From Actinomycetota bacterium (lineage in GTDB: Bacteria > Actinomycetota > Actinomycetes > S36-B12 > UBA5976): a stretch of DNA of 64,000 nt. Location of the stretch: positions 12,879 to 76,878 of the forward strand of contig RFTJ01000001.1 of the NCBI GenBank assembly GCA_009923495.1, written 5' to 3'. This document shows, in pieces, positions 36,544 to 47,107 of the stretch. The first letter of the stretch is position 1. Each line of letters begins with the position of its first letter. Below the pieces are notes generated by a model. It saw nothing but the letters and a program-made list of their open reading frames with translations, was not told the DNA's origin and did not search any database. Position numbers and translations under genes: made by a program.

Positions 36544-37828
36544 TTTCTGGCTCCTGTGTGCTACCTAAATATTCATCACGGACTACCAACAAGGTGCCGA
36601 TTCGATGACGCCTGCCTGCGGCTGATTCGGCAGTCAAGATCCAGTCGTTAATTCGCACATGTGCTCCAGGTATTGGAACAATCCCAAGTCGTTTGGCCAA
36701 CAGGCCCGCGGCCGTATCGACGCCGTCGTCGGTAATTTTTTCGCCAATCAATTCCGCCAAATCATCTACATGCAATCTTGAACTGATTCGAAATTCAGTA
36801 GGCGAAATCTCTACAATCTCAGGACCACCGTGGTCGAATTCATCGGAGATATCTCCCACAATCTCTTCCAATACATCCTCAATCGTGACTAAGCCAGCGG
36901 TTCCCCCATATTCATCAACCAAAATCACCAAATGAGTGCGAGCAGATTGCATGTCACTCAAAAGCTCATCGACAGGCCGGCTATCGGGAACCATAAAGGC
37001 CGGTCGCATCAGGTCGAGAACCCGTTCAGTGTTTTGCGCTTCTTGGTGCTCAAAAACGCGTGCGGCTATGTCTTTGACGTAAATCACGCCTACGATGTCG
37101 TCTACACTTTCACCAATTACTGGAATTCGGGAATATCCTGAACGTAGTCCAAGTGACATCGCCTGACGCAAGGTTTTGTGCTGTTCAATCCATACCATTT
37201 CGGTGCGCGGAACCATAACTTCGCGGGCAACGGTGTCGCCTAACTCAAATACCGAGTGAATCATGGCGCGTTCATCGTCTTCAATCACGAGATCTGCGCC
37301 CGCTAGGTCAACCAACTCGCGTAATTCAGCTTGGGTGGCAAATGGTCCCTCGCGGAAACCTTTACCCGGCGTAATTGCATTACCGACCAGAATTAGTAGT
37401 CGAGTTAGTGGGCTCAAGAATACTGAGAGGGCTACAGTAATTCGAGATAAAAAGAAAGTGATTCCGACTGCGCGCTGTCTGCCAATGGTCTGGGCGGCAA
37501 CGCCAAGAACTATGTAGCCAATAAATACCATCACTACAGATGCCAGCGCTAGAGCAACAGAGCGCTCTGGGGTAGCAAATAAAAATCCCGCTGCAACAAG
37601 TACCACGGAGAGAGTTGACAGTGTCAAGTTCACAAAGAGCAGAACATTTACATACCGTGCTCGATCTTCGAGTAGCTGTAGCACTCGTTCATTGCTTCTG
37701 CCGGCCTTTCGCTTTGCTTGCTCAATGCTCGATTTACTGACTCGAGCTAAGGCAGTTTCCCCAGCGACAAAAATTGCGGCCAGCGTGACACAAATAGTTG
37801 CCAAAATAAATAAATAGGTTGAAGTCAC
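36536..37828 (-). CDS. CNNM/DUF21-CBS-CorC_HlyC hemolysin-family membrane protein
   Basis: 430 aa with an N-terminal 4-TM DUF21 domain, a tandem CBS pair (VREVMVPRTEMV..., VKDIAARV) and a C-terminal CorC_HlyC-like domain. Confidence 0.9.
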   Translation of the reverse strand: MTSTYLFILATICVTLAAIFVAGETALARVSKSSIEQAKRKAGRSNERVLQLLEDRARYVNVLLFVNLTLSTLSVVLVAAGFLFATPERSVALALASVVMVFIGYIVLGVAAQTIGRQRAVGITFFLSRITVALSVFLSPLTRLLILVGNAITPGKGFREGPFATQAELRELVDLAGADLVIEDDERAMIHSVFELGDTVAREVMVPRTEMVWIEQHKTLRQAMSLGLRSGYSRIPVIGESVDDIVGVIYVKDIAARVFEHQEAQNTERVLDLMRPAFMVPDSRPVDELLSDMQSARTHLVILVDEYGGTAGLVTIEDVLEEIVGDISDEFDHGGPEIVEISPTEFRISSRLHVDDLAELIGEKITDDGVDTAAGLLAKRLGIVPIPGAHVRINDWILTAESAAGRRHRIGTLLVVRDEYLGSTQEPENE

Positions 37829-38298
37829 TTGGTTAGCCCTCGTTCATTGCGTTCGCCTTCCCATTGGGCTAGCAACTGCGCCTGCAGGCTAAACATGACT
37901 TTATGTTCCTCGGGTTCGGCATGGTCATGTCCTAGCAAATGCAAAATGCCGTGAGTAAGCAGTAACCGAAATTCAGCTTCAAAACTGTGGCCCGCAACTT
38001 CTGCTTGTCGGGCTGCAACTTCTGGGCACAAAACAATGTCCCCTAACATGCCTTCGGCACTGTCTTGGCCTTCAGCACCGGCACGAATTTCATCCATTGG
38101 GAAACTTAGGACATCGGTAGAACCTGGCTCATCCATGTATTTCTCATGCAGGACAGCCATTTCAATTTCGTCAACAATCAAGATGGACAGTTCGGCGGCT
38201 GGATTGATGTGCAGTTTGCGAAGTATGAATTCAGCCTGGTACACAAGTTCCAGCTCATTAATTTCCACGCCAGACTCATTGGAAACGTCGATACTCAT
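37825..38298 (-). CDS. ybeY: rRNA maturation endoribonuclease YbeY
   Basis: Zinc motif HGILHLLGHDH, 157 aa. Confidence 0.95.
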   Translation of the reverse strand: MSIDVSNESGVEINELELVYQAEFILRKLHINPAAELSILIVDEIEMAVLHEKYMDEPGSTDVLSFPMDEIRAGAEGQDSAEGMLGDIVLCPEVAARQAEVAGHSFEAEFRLLLTHGILHLLGHDHAEPEEHKVMFSLQAQLLAQWEGERNERGLTK

Positions 38299-39309
38299 TT
38301 AACGCTTCCCTTTTTCGGACTTTTCTTTTTCGCGTTTCTGCACTTTTGCCTCATCATGTCTGGCATAGGCGTCAACAATTTGTCCAACAAGTCGGTGCCG
38401 AACCACATCGCTTGAGGTCAACTCACAGAAGTCAACATCATCGATGCCAGCGAGAATTTCCCGCACAATGCGTAGCCCGCTTGTGGTGCCGGAGGGAAGA
38501 TCTACTTGAGTGATGTCGCCAGTGATTACCATGGTGGAACCAAAGCCAAGACGGGTTAGGAACATCTTCATCTGTTCAGCTGAAGTATTTTGGGCCTCGT
38601 CCAGAATGATGAAGGCATCGTTCAAAGTACGCCCACGCATGTACGCTAACGGCGCTACTTCAATAGTCCCACTAGTTATGAGCCTTGGAATCGAATCAGG
38701 GTCAATCATGTCGTGCAATGCGTCATAAAGTGGTCGAAGATAAGGGTCGATTTTCTCACTTAGTGTTCCTGGCAAAAATCCCAGGCGCTCTCCTGCTTCA
38801 ACTGCCGGACGGGTAAGAATGATTCGACTGATTTTCTTGCTTTGTAATGCCTGTACGGCTTTTGCCACTGCAAGATAGGTTTTACCAGTTCCGGCTGGGC
38901 CAATCCCAAACACCACAGTGTTCTGGTCGATTGCATCAACGTACTTTTTTTGATTGAGCGTTTTCGCCCGAATAGATTTGCCACGATTTGAAAGAATGTT
39001 TGCCGTCAAGATCTCTGCTGGTTTTACATCCGAGCGAACCATCGAGATCGACCGTTCGATTACATCTGGTGTTAACCCTTGACCTGTCCGCAAGACCACT
39101 ATCAATTCAGCAATCAAATTTTCAATTTCGCCGACTTGGCTGTCTGAGCCCACCAATGATATTTCGTTACCCCGGACCAAGATGTCCACCTGCGGGTAAC
39201 TTTTCTCGACAACACGAATTAATTCGTCGCGAGTACCAACGAGAGAAACCATTGGAATCGAAGTCGGTATTACAACCGTGCGATGCGCCGAACTCGGTGA
39301 AACTGTCAT
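38299..39309 (-). CDS. phoH: PhoH-like ATPase (YbeZ)
   Basis: Walker A GPAGTGKTYLAV, Walker B FIILDEAQN, and the conserved pairing with ybeY. Confidence 0.9.
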   Translation of the reverse strand: MTVSPSSAHRTVVIPTSIPMVSLVGTRDELIRVVEKSYPQVDILVRGNEISLVGSDSQVGEIENLIAELIVVLRTGQGLTPDVIERSISMVRSDVKPAEILTANILSNRGKSIRAKTLNQKKYVDAIDQNTVVFGIGPAGTGKTYLAVAKAVQALQSKKISRIILTRPAVEAGERLGFLPGTLSEKIDPYLRPLYDALHDMIDPDSIPRLITSGTIEVAPLAYMRGRTLNDAFIILDEAQNTSAEQMKMFLTRLGFGSTMVITGDITQVDLPSGTTSGLRIVREILAGIDDVDFCELTSSDVVRHRLVGQIVDAYARHDEAKVQKREKEKSEKGKR

Positions 39310-39336
39310 TAAGGCAACTCTAATCTATTTCGCAGG

Positions 39337-39678
39337 TTATCCGGGTGGCCAAGTTAGTTCCCGGCCACCAAGGATGTGAAAGTGCACATGATCAACAGAT
39401 TGACCAGCATTTGGACCGGTGTTGGCGACTAAGCGATAGCCGTGAATCAAGGCCTCCTGCTGGATAACTTGCGTCACCACATCTAAGAGGGCTCCGGCTA
39501 ACGCTACATCTGCGCGCGTTAACTCAGTTATGTTGTCGTAATGCTTGCGGGGAATCACCAAAATGTGGGTCGGCGCTTTTGGATCAATGTCTCTAAAAGC
39601 AATAGCTTGATCTGTCTCAAATACTATTTCAGCGGGTATTTCACCAGCCACAATTTTGCAAAAAAGGCATTCAGTCAT
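39337..39678 (-). CDS. HIT-family (histidine triad) nucleotide hydrolase
   Basis: Histidine triad HVHFHILGG, with the N-terminal CLFCKI zinc-like motif. Confidence 0.9.
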   Translation of the reverse strand: MTECLFCKIVAGEIPAEIVFETDQAIAFRDIDPKAPTHILVIPRKHYDNITELTRADVALAGALLDVVTQVIQQEALIHGYRLVANTGPNAGQSVDHVHFHILGGRELTWPPG

Positions 39679-39691
39679 GATGCTTAGTCTG

Positions 39692-40435
39692 TCACTCCCC
39701 TGACTTGATTGACCAGCGTTTTGTTCGGGAAATCAAGCAAGCCAAGCCAGCACCACCAGCAGTGGAGGTGCGCATTACTGAATTGCCCATTCGCACAACA
39801 TTTGCGCCAGATTCGCGAAACTTCATCAGTTCATCAGATGAAATTCCGCCTTCGGGGCCAATTACCAAAACGACGCGGCCAGCCGCAGGTACATTTATGT
39901 CCGTGATTGAGGCATCAGCAGTTTCATGAAGGACGATGGCCAAATCGGCAGTAGCAATTAGTTCGGCTACCTCTTCCAAATTCTTCAACGCCTCAACTTG
40001 TGGAAATCTAGTCCGACGCGATTGCTTACAGGCCTCTTGCACTGTACGTCGCCACTTGGCTAGACCTTTTTCTGGATCATCCCATTTCGCAATACTATGA
40101 GTCGCAGCCCATGGCACTAATACATCTATGCCGACTTCAGTGAGAATTTCGAGAGCAAGATCAGCTCGATCGCCCTTAGCTAAAGCTTGAACTGCAATAA
40201 AGGAAACTTCTGGTTTGGGCTCGAGAGTAATTGATTCGATTTTCGCACTTAGGGAATTCTTTTTAACTTCCAGAACAGTGCAAGTTGCACGAACACCTCG
40301 GCCATCAGTTAGCTCTATCCGTTCGCCAACTCGGATTCGTCGAACCGAGACCGCATGCCTACCCTCGTTACCATCAAGAGTTACAACTTGATTGGCAATC
40401 AGAGTTTCGCTCGAAATAAAAAGTGGGAGCGTCAT
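39692..40435 (-). CDS. rsmE: 16S rRNA (uracil1498-N3)-methyltransferase
   Basis: An N-terminal PUA-like region (GNEGRHAVSVRRIRVGERIELTDG) and a SPOUT knot with IGPEGGIS. Confidence 0.9.
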   Translation of the reverse strand: MTLPLFISSETLIANQVVTLDGNEGRHAVSVRRIRVGERIELTDGRGVRATCTVLEVKKNSLSAKIESITLEPKPEVSFIAVQALAKGDRADLALEILTEVGIDVLVPWAATHSIAKWDDPEKGLAKWRRTVQEACKQSRRTRFPQVEALKNLEEVAELIATADLAIVLHETADASITDINVPAAGRVVLVIGPEGGISSDELMKFRESGANVVRMGNSVMRTSTAGGAGLACLISRTKRWSIKSGE

Positions 40436-41547
40436 CGGCCAGTGAACACATCTTTGATCTTGCCGAAAAGCCCATTGGAGTGCTCATGCAAAGTGGCATC
40501 CGGCTTCTCTTCATCGCGCAAAGTCGCCAATTGCCGCAGTAGTGCTTCTTGTTCTGAAGTGAGTGCGGTAGGAGTTTGTACTGCAAGGTGAATAATTAAA
40601 TCTCCACGACCACTGCGGCCTAATCGCGGCATACCGTGTCCGGCGAGGGTGATTGCAGTTCCACTTTGAGTTCCAGGTTTTATGTTGACACTGACCGGTC
40701 CATCTAAAGTCTCGACTTCCATAGTTGCGCCTAGCGCTGCTGCAGTCATAGGAAGCGGCAAGGTGGCATGAAGTTGATCCCCTCGGCGCTGGAACACGGG
40801 ATGTTCCTTTTGAACAAACTCAACGTACAGGTCGCCTTTTGGTCCACCACCTGGACCAACTTCTCCGTGTCCAGTCATTTGCATCCGCGAGCCATCTTCA
40901 ACACCAGGTGGAATCTTGATTGCGATGTTGACCCGGGTGCGAACGCGTCCATCACCAACACATTCAAGGCATGGGTGTGGCAACAAATTTCCAAAACCAT
41001 TACATTGTGGGCAGCGGTGCGCGGTCATTACCTGTCCGATAAATGAACGCTGTACCTGTTGAACTTCTCCTCGCCCACGACACATCGAACACTCGACAAC
41101 TGAGGTATTTGCAGCAGTTCCTGCCCCATTACATACGCCACATTCAATTGCGGTGTCAATGTTTAAATCGCGCGTCGCTCCAAATGCGGCCTCCTCCAGC
41201 GTGATGTTCACTCTGATGAGTGCATCTTGACCTCTTCGTCTACGCGGGATTGGGCCGCGCTGCCCACCGCCACCAAAGAAGGCATCGACAATGTCACCAA
41301 AGCCGAAACCAGCTGCCCCATTGAAGCCAGTTCCACTGAAAGGATCTGCGCCTAAGTCATACATCTGTCTTTTTTCGGCATCTGATAAGACTTCGTATGC
41401 CGTCGAGACTTCCTTGAATCGCTCTTCGGCCGATGGGTCTGGATTTACATCAGGATGTAATTCGCGAGCAAGCTTGCGATAGGCCCGCTTAATTTCGTCA
41501 ACAGTTGCATCTCGAGAGACTCCTAGTGCTGCGTAATGATCAGCCAC
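40432..41547 (-). CDS. dnaJ: Molecular chaperone DnaJ
   Basis: J-domain HPD (ELHPDVNP), a G/F-rich linker and four CxxCxGxG zinc repeats ([32 protein letters not shown]). Confidence 0.95.
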   Translation of the reverse strand: MADHYAALGVSRDATVDEIKRAYRKLARELHPDVNPDPSAEERFKEVSTAYEVLSDAEKRQMYDLGADPFSGTGFNGAAGFGFGDIVDAFFGGGGQRGPIPRRRRGQDALIRVNITLEEAAFGATRDLNIDTAIECGVCNGAGTAANTSVVECSMCRGRGEVQQVQRSFIGQVMTAHRCPQCNGFGNLLPHPCLECVGDGRVRTRVNIAIKIPPGVEDGSRMQMTGHGEVGPGGGPKGDLYVEFVQKEHPVFQRRGDQLHATLPLPMTAAALGATMEVETLDGPVSVNIKPGTQSGTAITLAGHGMPRLGRSGRGDLIIHLAVQTPTALTSEQEALLRQLATLRDEEKPDATLHEHSNGLFGKIKDVFTGR

Positions 41548-42565
41548 CGGTTTGCTCCTTTAAAATTTGTCCCACGTACCCAGCAACTGCATGCACCGCG
41601 GCCATTGAAGCGGGATAGTCCATGCGAGTAGGCCCGACAACACCTAAATGAGCAACTACCTGATCGCCTTTTCCATAGCCGGCACTAACTACAGAGGCGC
41701 TTCGCAATTCTTGGACCGGATTTTCATGTCCGATATGTACCGTTAAGTTCTCTATTGAGCTAGCAGTTTCAAAAAGCTTAAGCAAAATTACTTGCTCTTC
41801 GAGTGCCTCAAGAACAGAAGCCGGTCCGCCACCAAAATCAAGAGTCCCTCTTGCCAAATTTGCTGTGCCACTAATCATTACTCGCTCATCTGGTTTTGCT
41901 ACCACGGATTCGAGCAAGGTAGCCAACACGCATGTGATGATTGGCCGAACTGTCTGCTCGAATCGGTCAACAAACCCATTGAGCAAGTCCGGGACTTCGG
42001 AAAACAATTTTCCAACCAGAACAGCGTTAAGTCCCAATCGGATATCAGTCAAAGTTTGTTCGGTGACGCTGGCCGGGATCTCAAAGCTTCGTTGCTCAAT
42101 GCGCCCAGTATCGGCAATTACAACCAACAGCAATCGACTCGATGATGTTGCAATGAGTTCGATGTGTCGAACGGAGCTTCTGCCCAGAGTTGGATATTGC
42201 ACTAAAGCCACCTGCTTGGTCAGTTGAGCCAATAGGCGCACAGTGCGACCCATGACATCATCTAGATCCACAGAAGCGTCAAGGAATGATTCGATCGCGC
42301 GCCGTTCGGCACTTGAAAGCGGCTTGAGGGTACTTAACCGATCAACAAAAAGTCGGTAGCCCTTGTCCGTTGGAATTCGACCAGCACTAGTGTGTGGGGC
42401 GCTGAGATAGCCCTCGTCTTCAAGGGCCGCCATATCGTTTCTAATTGTTGCCGATGAGACACCAAGAGCATGTCGATCTACCAGAACTTTGGAACCGACT
42501 GGTTCGTTAGTTTGTACATAGTCTTCGACAATGGCACGCAAAACCGCGAGTTTACGGTCTTCCAT
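41540..42565 (-). CDS. hrcA: Heat-inducible transcription repressor HrcA
   Basis: N-terminal winged helix [20 protein letters not shown], 341 aa, with a CIRCE element directly upstream. Confidence 0.95.
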   Translation of the reverse strand: MEDRKLAVLRAIVEDYVQTNEPVGSKVLVDRHALGVSSATIRNDMAALEDEGYLSAPHTSAGRIPTDKGYRLFVDRLSTLKPLSSAERRAIESFLDASVDLDDVMGRTVRLLAQLTKQVALVQYPTLGRSSVRHIELIATSSSRLLLVVIADTGRIEQRSFEIPASVTEQTLTDIRLGLNAVLVGKLFSEVPDLLNGFVDRFEQTVRPIITCVLATLLESVVAKPDERVMISGTANLARGTLDFGGGPASVLEALEEQVILLKLFETASSIENLTVHIGHENPVQELRSASVVSAGYGKGDQVVAHLGVVGPTRMDYPASMAAVHAVAGYVGQILKEQTGG

Positions 42566-42574
42566 CTGTGACTC

Positions 42575-42601
42575 CTAGCACTCTAATCTCCTGAGTGCTA
42601 G
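42575..42601. promoter_or_regulatory. CIRCE operator (HrcA binding site) upstream of hrcA-dnaJ
   Basis: CTAGCACTC-taatctcct-GAGTGCTAG matches the consensus TTAGCACTC-N9-GAGTGCTAA. It lies 10 nt upstream of the hrcA start codon. Confidence 0.85.
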
Positions 42602-42612
42602 TGTACCGCCGA

Positions 42613-43767
42613 TTAATCCCACAGGCGCGCGACTAAACCATCAGCCAAGAGCCGTCCCTGATAAGTAAGGACAAGTGCTCCATTAGAGAACTCGTTAGGC
42701 TCTAGCAGGCCTTCGGCCAATGCCTGATTGGCAACCAATACCCCAGAATCAGTAAGCGAATCGATGGGTATCCCCGTTTTTAACCGAAGGCCTAACATTA
42801 TGTTTTCCCTAAAAATGTCTGCTGGCGTTAACGCCTCGGTGTCCCCAATCGGCAGTTCATGTTCATCAACGCTATTGGCCCAGGCTGCTGGATGCTTCAC
42901 ATTCCACCGCCGTAAGCCGTTGAAGTGTGCATGAGCTCCAGGTCCAAGGCCAAGCCAGTCCTGATTCTGCCAATAGCCGATATTGTGTTGACATTGTGCA
43001 CCTGGCAATGACCAATTGCTGACTTCATACCAAGACATGCCGATTTGGGTCAGGGCATCATCAATAAGTCCGTATCGATGTGCAGCGACATCGTCACTTG
43101 GCATCGGCAATTCTCCGCGCTTGATACTCGCAGCTAACCGAGTGCCTGGCTCAACGATTAAGGAATACGCACTCACATGGTCTACCGGTGCACTGGAAAC
43201 CTCGGCTAAGGTCTGCAATAAGTCAGCGTCAGTTTCGTGTGGCGTGCCATATATCAGATCTACATTTATGTGCTCAAACCCAGCATCGCGAGCCCAGTTA
43301 ATCGCCTGCCACGTACGACCAGCAGTGTGAGTTCGATCCAAAATCTGCAGTACTCGAGAACTGCTTGATTGATGGCCGAATGAAATTCGGTTGAACCCAC
43401 CTTGCTTCAATTGCGCTAGGTAAGTTTGATCTACCGAATCTGGGTTAGCCTCAATCGTCACTTCACAATCTGGACTTAGACCGTAAGTATTCGCAAGTTC
43501 GGCAAGAATTGCGCACAAATCCTGTGTGGCCAAAAGTGTTGGTGTTCCACCGCCAAAAAAAACTGAAGAAAGCGGTTGAACAAAATCGTGGTTCACCTCG
43601 GCGGTTAACCTGATCTCGGAAATAAGTCTCGGTGAAAAGGTTGCTGGTGAAACTGTTGTCGAATCCCGAGTTAATTCTGCTGCGGTGTAAGTGTTGAAGT
43701 CGCAGTAGCCACATCTGGATGCACAAAAAGGAACATGCACATATGCGCCGAGCGTGCGATCAGTCAT
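42613..43767 (-). CDS. hemW: Radical SAM heme chaperone HemW (coproporphyrinogen III oxidase-like)
   Basis: Radical SAM cluster motif CASRCGYCDF, 384 aa, adjacent to lepA as is conserved. Confidence 0.9.
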   Translation of the reverse strand: MTDRTLGAYVHVPFCASRCGYCDFNTYTAAELTRDSTTVSPATFSPRLISEIRLTAEVNHDFVQPLSSVFFGGGTPTLLATQDLCAILAELANTYGLSPDCEVTIEANPDSVDQTYLAQLKQGGFNRISFGHQSSSSRVLQILDRTHTAGRTWQAINWARDAGFEHINVDLIYGTPHETDADLLQTLAEVSSAPVDHVSAYSLIVEPGTRLAASIKRGELPMPSDDVAAHRYGLIDDALTQIGMSWYEVSNWSLPGAQCQHNIGYWQNQDWLGLGPGAHAHFNGLRRWNVKHPAAWANSVDEHELPIGDTEALTPADIFRENIMLGLRLKTGIPIDSLTDSGVLVANQALAEGLLEPNEFSNGALVLTYQGRLLADGLVARLWD

Positions 43768-43769
43768 AC

Positions 43770-45620
43770 TTACTTTGATTTGTCTTTGGCTGCCGAGTCG
43801 TCTGTAGATAGTGCGGCAATGAAAGCTTCTTGCGGAACCTCAACGCGTCCCACAACTTTCATTCGCTTCTTTCCTTCCTTCTGCTTCTCCAGAAGTTTGC
43901 GCTTGCGGGTGATGTCACCGCCATAACACTTTGCCAATACATCCTTGCGAATTGCTCGAATGGTTTCTCGAGCTATAACTCGTGAACCGATTGCCGCCTG
44001 AATGGGAACTTCAAACTGCTGGCGTGGGATTAGCTCTTTGAGTTTGGCTGCCATCATCACTCCATATGCATACGCCTTATCCTTGTGGACAATTGAACTA
44101 AAGGCATCAACCGCATCGCCGTGGAGCAAGATATCAACTTTGACTAGCTCGGCTATCTGCTCGCCCGTTGGTTCGTAATCCAATGAGGCAAAACCGCGAG
44201 TTCGAGACTTTAGCTGATCAAAGAAGTCAAAAACAATCTCAGCCAATGGGAGTGTGTACCGCATTTCTACTCGATCCTCAGAAAGATAGTCCATCCCCAA
44301 TAATGCCCCGCGTCGTTGCTGACAAAGTTCCATCACTGTTCCAATGAACTCACTTGGTAGGAGGATTGTGGCTCGCACAATTGGCTCTTGCACCTGGGCA
44401 ATTTTCCCATTCGGAAATTCGCTTGGATTGGTAACCACATGTTTAGAACCATCATCCATCTGCACATCGTAAACAACATTGGGCGCTGTGGAGATCAGGT
44501 CAAGATTGAATTCGCGCTCAAGGCGTTCGCGGACAATCTCCAAATGCAGCAGGCCCAAAAATCCACACCGAAAACCAAAGCCGAGCGCGACTGAAGTTTC
44601 TGGCTCGTAAACCAAGGCCGCATCATTTAATTTCAACTTATCTAACGCATCGCGAAGAAGCGGATAGTCTGAACCATCAAGTGGGTAAAGTCCAGAAAAG
44701 ACCATCGGCTTCGGGTCGCGGTAGCCACCGAGCGCCGACTCAGCAGGTCGAGCAGCTAAAGTCACGGTGTCGCCAACTCGAGACTGGCGCACATCTTTCA
44801 CGCCGGTAATCAAGTAACCCACCTCGCCAACACCGAGTGCATCTGATGCAACTGGCTCTGGCGAAATGACACCTACTTCCAAAGTTTCATGAGTTTGCGC
44901 AGTGCTCATCATCTTTATTTTGTCGCGCATTGGAATCCGGCCATCAACTACTCGCACATATGTGACGACACCTCGATAAGTGTCATAGACCGAATCAAAA
45001 ATCAAAGCTCGAGCTGGCGCAGTCGCATCGCCGACTGGAGCCGGAACCAAGCGCACAACTTCGTTTAGCAGCTCGGTTACACCCTGGCCAGTTTTAGCGC
45101 TGACTTGCAGAACATCGTCTGGACTACAACCAATAATGTGCGCCAATTCTGCAGCATACTTTTCTGGCTGGGCTGCGGGCAGGTCTATCTTGTTAAGTAC
45201 TGGAATTATTACTAGATCGTTTTCCAGAGCAAGGTAAAGATTTGCCAAGGTCTGAGCTTCAATACCTTGCGCTGCATCAACCAGCAGAATTGCACCCTCA
45301 CATGCTGCCAAACTACGACTAACTTCGTAGGTAAAGTCAACGTGTCCCGGAGTGTCAATCAAATTAAGAACATATTGCTGCTTATCTTCAGCTGTAAACG
45401 GCAAGCGCACTGCTTGACTTTTAATTGTGATGCCCCGCTCACGCTCAATGTCCATTCGATCTAGGTACTGCGCTCGCATATTCCGGGCATCAACAACCCC
45501 AGTAATTTGTAACATCCGATCGGCCAGGGTGGATTTGCCATGATCAATGTGGGCAATGATGCAAAAATTCCGGATGATGGCGGGGTCAGTTGCACCCGGT
45601 TTAGGTGTTGCCGATGCCAT
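43770..45620 (-). CDS. lepA: Translation elongation factor 4 (LepA)
   Basis: G1 [27 protein letters not shown] and the unique LepA C-terminal domain. 616 aa. Confidence 0.97.
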   Translation of the reverse strand: MASATPKPGATDPAIIRNFCIIAHIDHGKSTLADRMLQITGVVDARNMRAQYLDRMDIERERGITIKSQAVRLPFTAEDKQQYVLNLIDTPGHVDFTYEVSRSLAACEGAILLVDAAQGIEAQTLANLYLALENDLVIIPVLNKIDLPAAQPEKYAAELAHIIGCSPDDVLQVSAKTGQGVTELLNEVVRLVPAPVGDATAPARALIFDSVYDTYRGVVTYVRVVDGRIPMRDKIKMMSTAQTHETLEVGVISPEPVASDALGVGEVGYLITGVKDVRQSRVGDTVTLAARPAESALGGYRDPKPMVFSGLYPLDGSDYPLLRDALDKLKLNDAALVYEPETSVALGFGFRCGFLGLLHLEIVRERLEREFNLDLISTAPNVVYDVQMDDGSKHVVTNPSEFPNGKIAQVQEPIVRATILLPSEFIGTVMELCQQRRGALLGMDYLSEDRVEMRYTLPLAEIVFDFFDQLKSRTRGFASLDYEPTGEQIAELVKVDILLHGDAVDAFSSIVHKDKAYAYGVMMAAKLKELIPRQQFEVPIQAAIGSRVIARETIRAIRKDVLAKCYGGDITRKRKLLEKQKEGKKRMKVVGRVEVPQEAFIAALSTDDSAAKDKSK

Positions 45621-45813
45621 AAGTGTCCTTAGCGGTGCGGAGTCTGCAGTTACCCTGAAATTCTCCAGAAGCAGAAAGTGCCGAAAAATCGTGGATTACC
45701 GCCCCTATTTTCGCACATTTCGCCTGAATTTGAGCAATCGGTGCCTACACAGGTAACCTAGAGGCTGCACATCGGTCTTTAGACCGTGGTACAAAACGAA
45801 AGAGGCAAAGCCC

Positions 45814-46074
45814 GTGGCCAACATTAAGTCGCAAAAGAAGCGTATTCTGCAGAATGCTGCTGCCCAAGAACGAAATAAGTCTGTTCGCAGTGCTCTAAAG
45901 ACAAAGATACGTCGCTTCCGTGAGGCTGTTGCAACAGGCGACCAGGCCGCCGCAAGCGTGGCACTTGCTGATGCTTCCCGCGCACTTGATAAAGCTGTAT
46001 CAAAGGGTGTCATCCATAAGAATCAGGCTGCTAACCGCAAGTCTGCCCTTGCGTCAGCTCTAAATAAGGCCTAG
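45814..46074 (+). CDS. rpsT: 30S ribosomal protein S20
   Basis: [26 protein letters not shown]..., 86 aa, basic, GTG start. Confidence 0.95.
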   Translation: MANIKSQKKRILQNAAAQERNKSVRSALKTKIRRFREAVATGDQAAASVALADASRALDKAVSKGVIHKNQAANRKSALASALNKA

Positions 46075-47093
46075 TCAATCTTTGGCGCTCGCATCGCCAA
46101 AATATTTTTCTCAATTTCGTAGAGAGTTTGCGCGCGCTCTAAACTGACTCCCCCAGGAATCCCGACCTGATAAGTGGTTCCTTTACTTGCCCGATCGGCT
46201 TGGGCTAATAACCTTGTCGCTTTAGCTAAATCTTCTGGGAGCCATGACTTTTTCTGCGTGCGCAGAAACCGCAAGCGAAACGGGTGCACACCAACGTGTG
46301 TGGCAAGTTCGGCTTCACTCATCCCTGCTGGGGCGCTAGCAAATTTAACCAGAGTTCTAAGGCCTTTGGCCATTGCCGCAATAATCGCTGGCGCGGATGC
46401 TGAATCTTGTTCGATTGCCCACCGGAACTGTTCCAATACTTCCTTTGGCTTAGCGTTCCACATCGCATCACTGATATCCCAACTCTTTATGTCTGACATC
46501 CCTGAGTAGTACTGCCGAACTGCAGCAGCATCAATGGGATCGGATTCAATGTCAACACACAATTGCGAAATTGCCGCTAACAGCTCACCCAAATCTGAGC
46601 CGACTGATTCACGCAGGGCCTCGAGTGCCTCAACCGTGGTTCGCCGCTTGTGCTTGTTAAACTCCGCAACCAACGCCGAATCCAATTTGTCATTTTTGAG
46701 TTCGGCACAATCAGCTTCAAGAATTCCAGTCTTTCGGATTGCCTCGAGGGCCTTCTTTCCTTTCACGCCACCTGGATGCCAAAGCACAAGCATTAAATGT
46801 TCAGGTAAGGTCGCCAAGTTTTGCAGGAGCAAGGCTGTTGAATCTTCGGTTAGTTCAGAAATGTTCTGCACTATGAGTAAGGTAAATTCGCCGAATAAAG
46901 ATGGAGCCAATGCCTGACCCAACTCCGCTACTTGATTTTCTAAGTTGGTCAAGTCAAGTTCTACTTTTAAAAACTGTGGGTCAATCTCTTGCGCAATTGT
47001 CGACATTCGGGCGATCACTTGATTGAAAAGCGCGGTTTCTCTGCCAACTGCTAGTACGACCCGGTTTTGGCCAATTGCATCTTTTTTCGCCAC
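46071..47093 (-). CDS. holA: DNA polymerase III subunit delta
   Basis: 340 aa at the conserved position downstream of comEC and convergent with rpsT. It has the AAA+-like helical pattern of delta subunits. The call rests mainly on context and length. Confidence 0.8.
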   Translation of the reverse strand: MAKKDAIGQNRVVLAVGRETALFNQVIARMSTIAQEIDPQFLKVELDLTNLENQVAELGQALAPSLFGEFTLLIVQNISELTEDSTALLLQNLATLPEHLMLVLWHPGGVKGKKALEAIRKTGILEADCAELKNDKLDSALVAEFNKHKRRTTVEALEALRESVGSDLGELLAAISQLCVDIESDPIDAAAVRQYYSGMSDIKSWDISDAMWNAKPKEVLEQFRWAIEQDSASAPAIIAAMAKGLRTLVKFASAPAGMSEAELATHVGVHPFRLRFLRTQKKSWLPEDLAKATRLLAQADRASKGTTYQVGIPGGVSLERAQTLYEIEKNILAMRAPKID

Positions 47094-47107
47094 AGTACGA
47101 GTATGCC

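Noticed and set aside
45772-45785. A small hairpin CGGTC-TTTA-GACCG in the rpsT 5' leader was considered as a regulatory RNA element.
   Set aside because: It has a 5-bp stem with no recognisable conserved leader motif, so the evidence is insufficient for any call.
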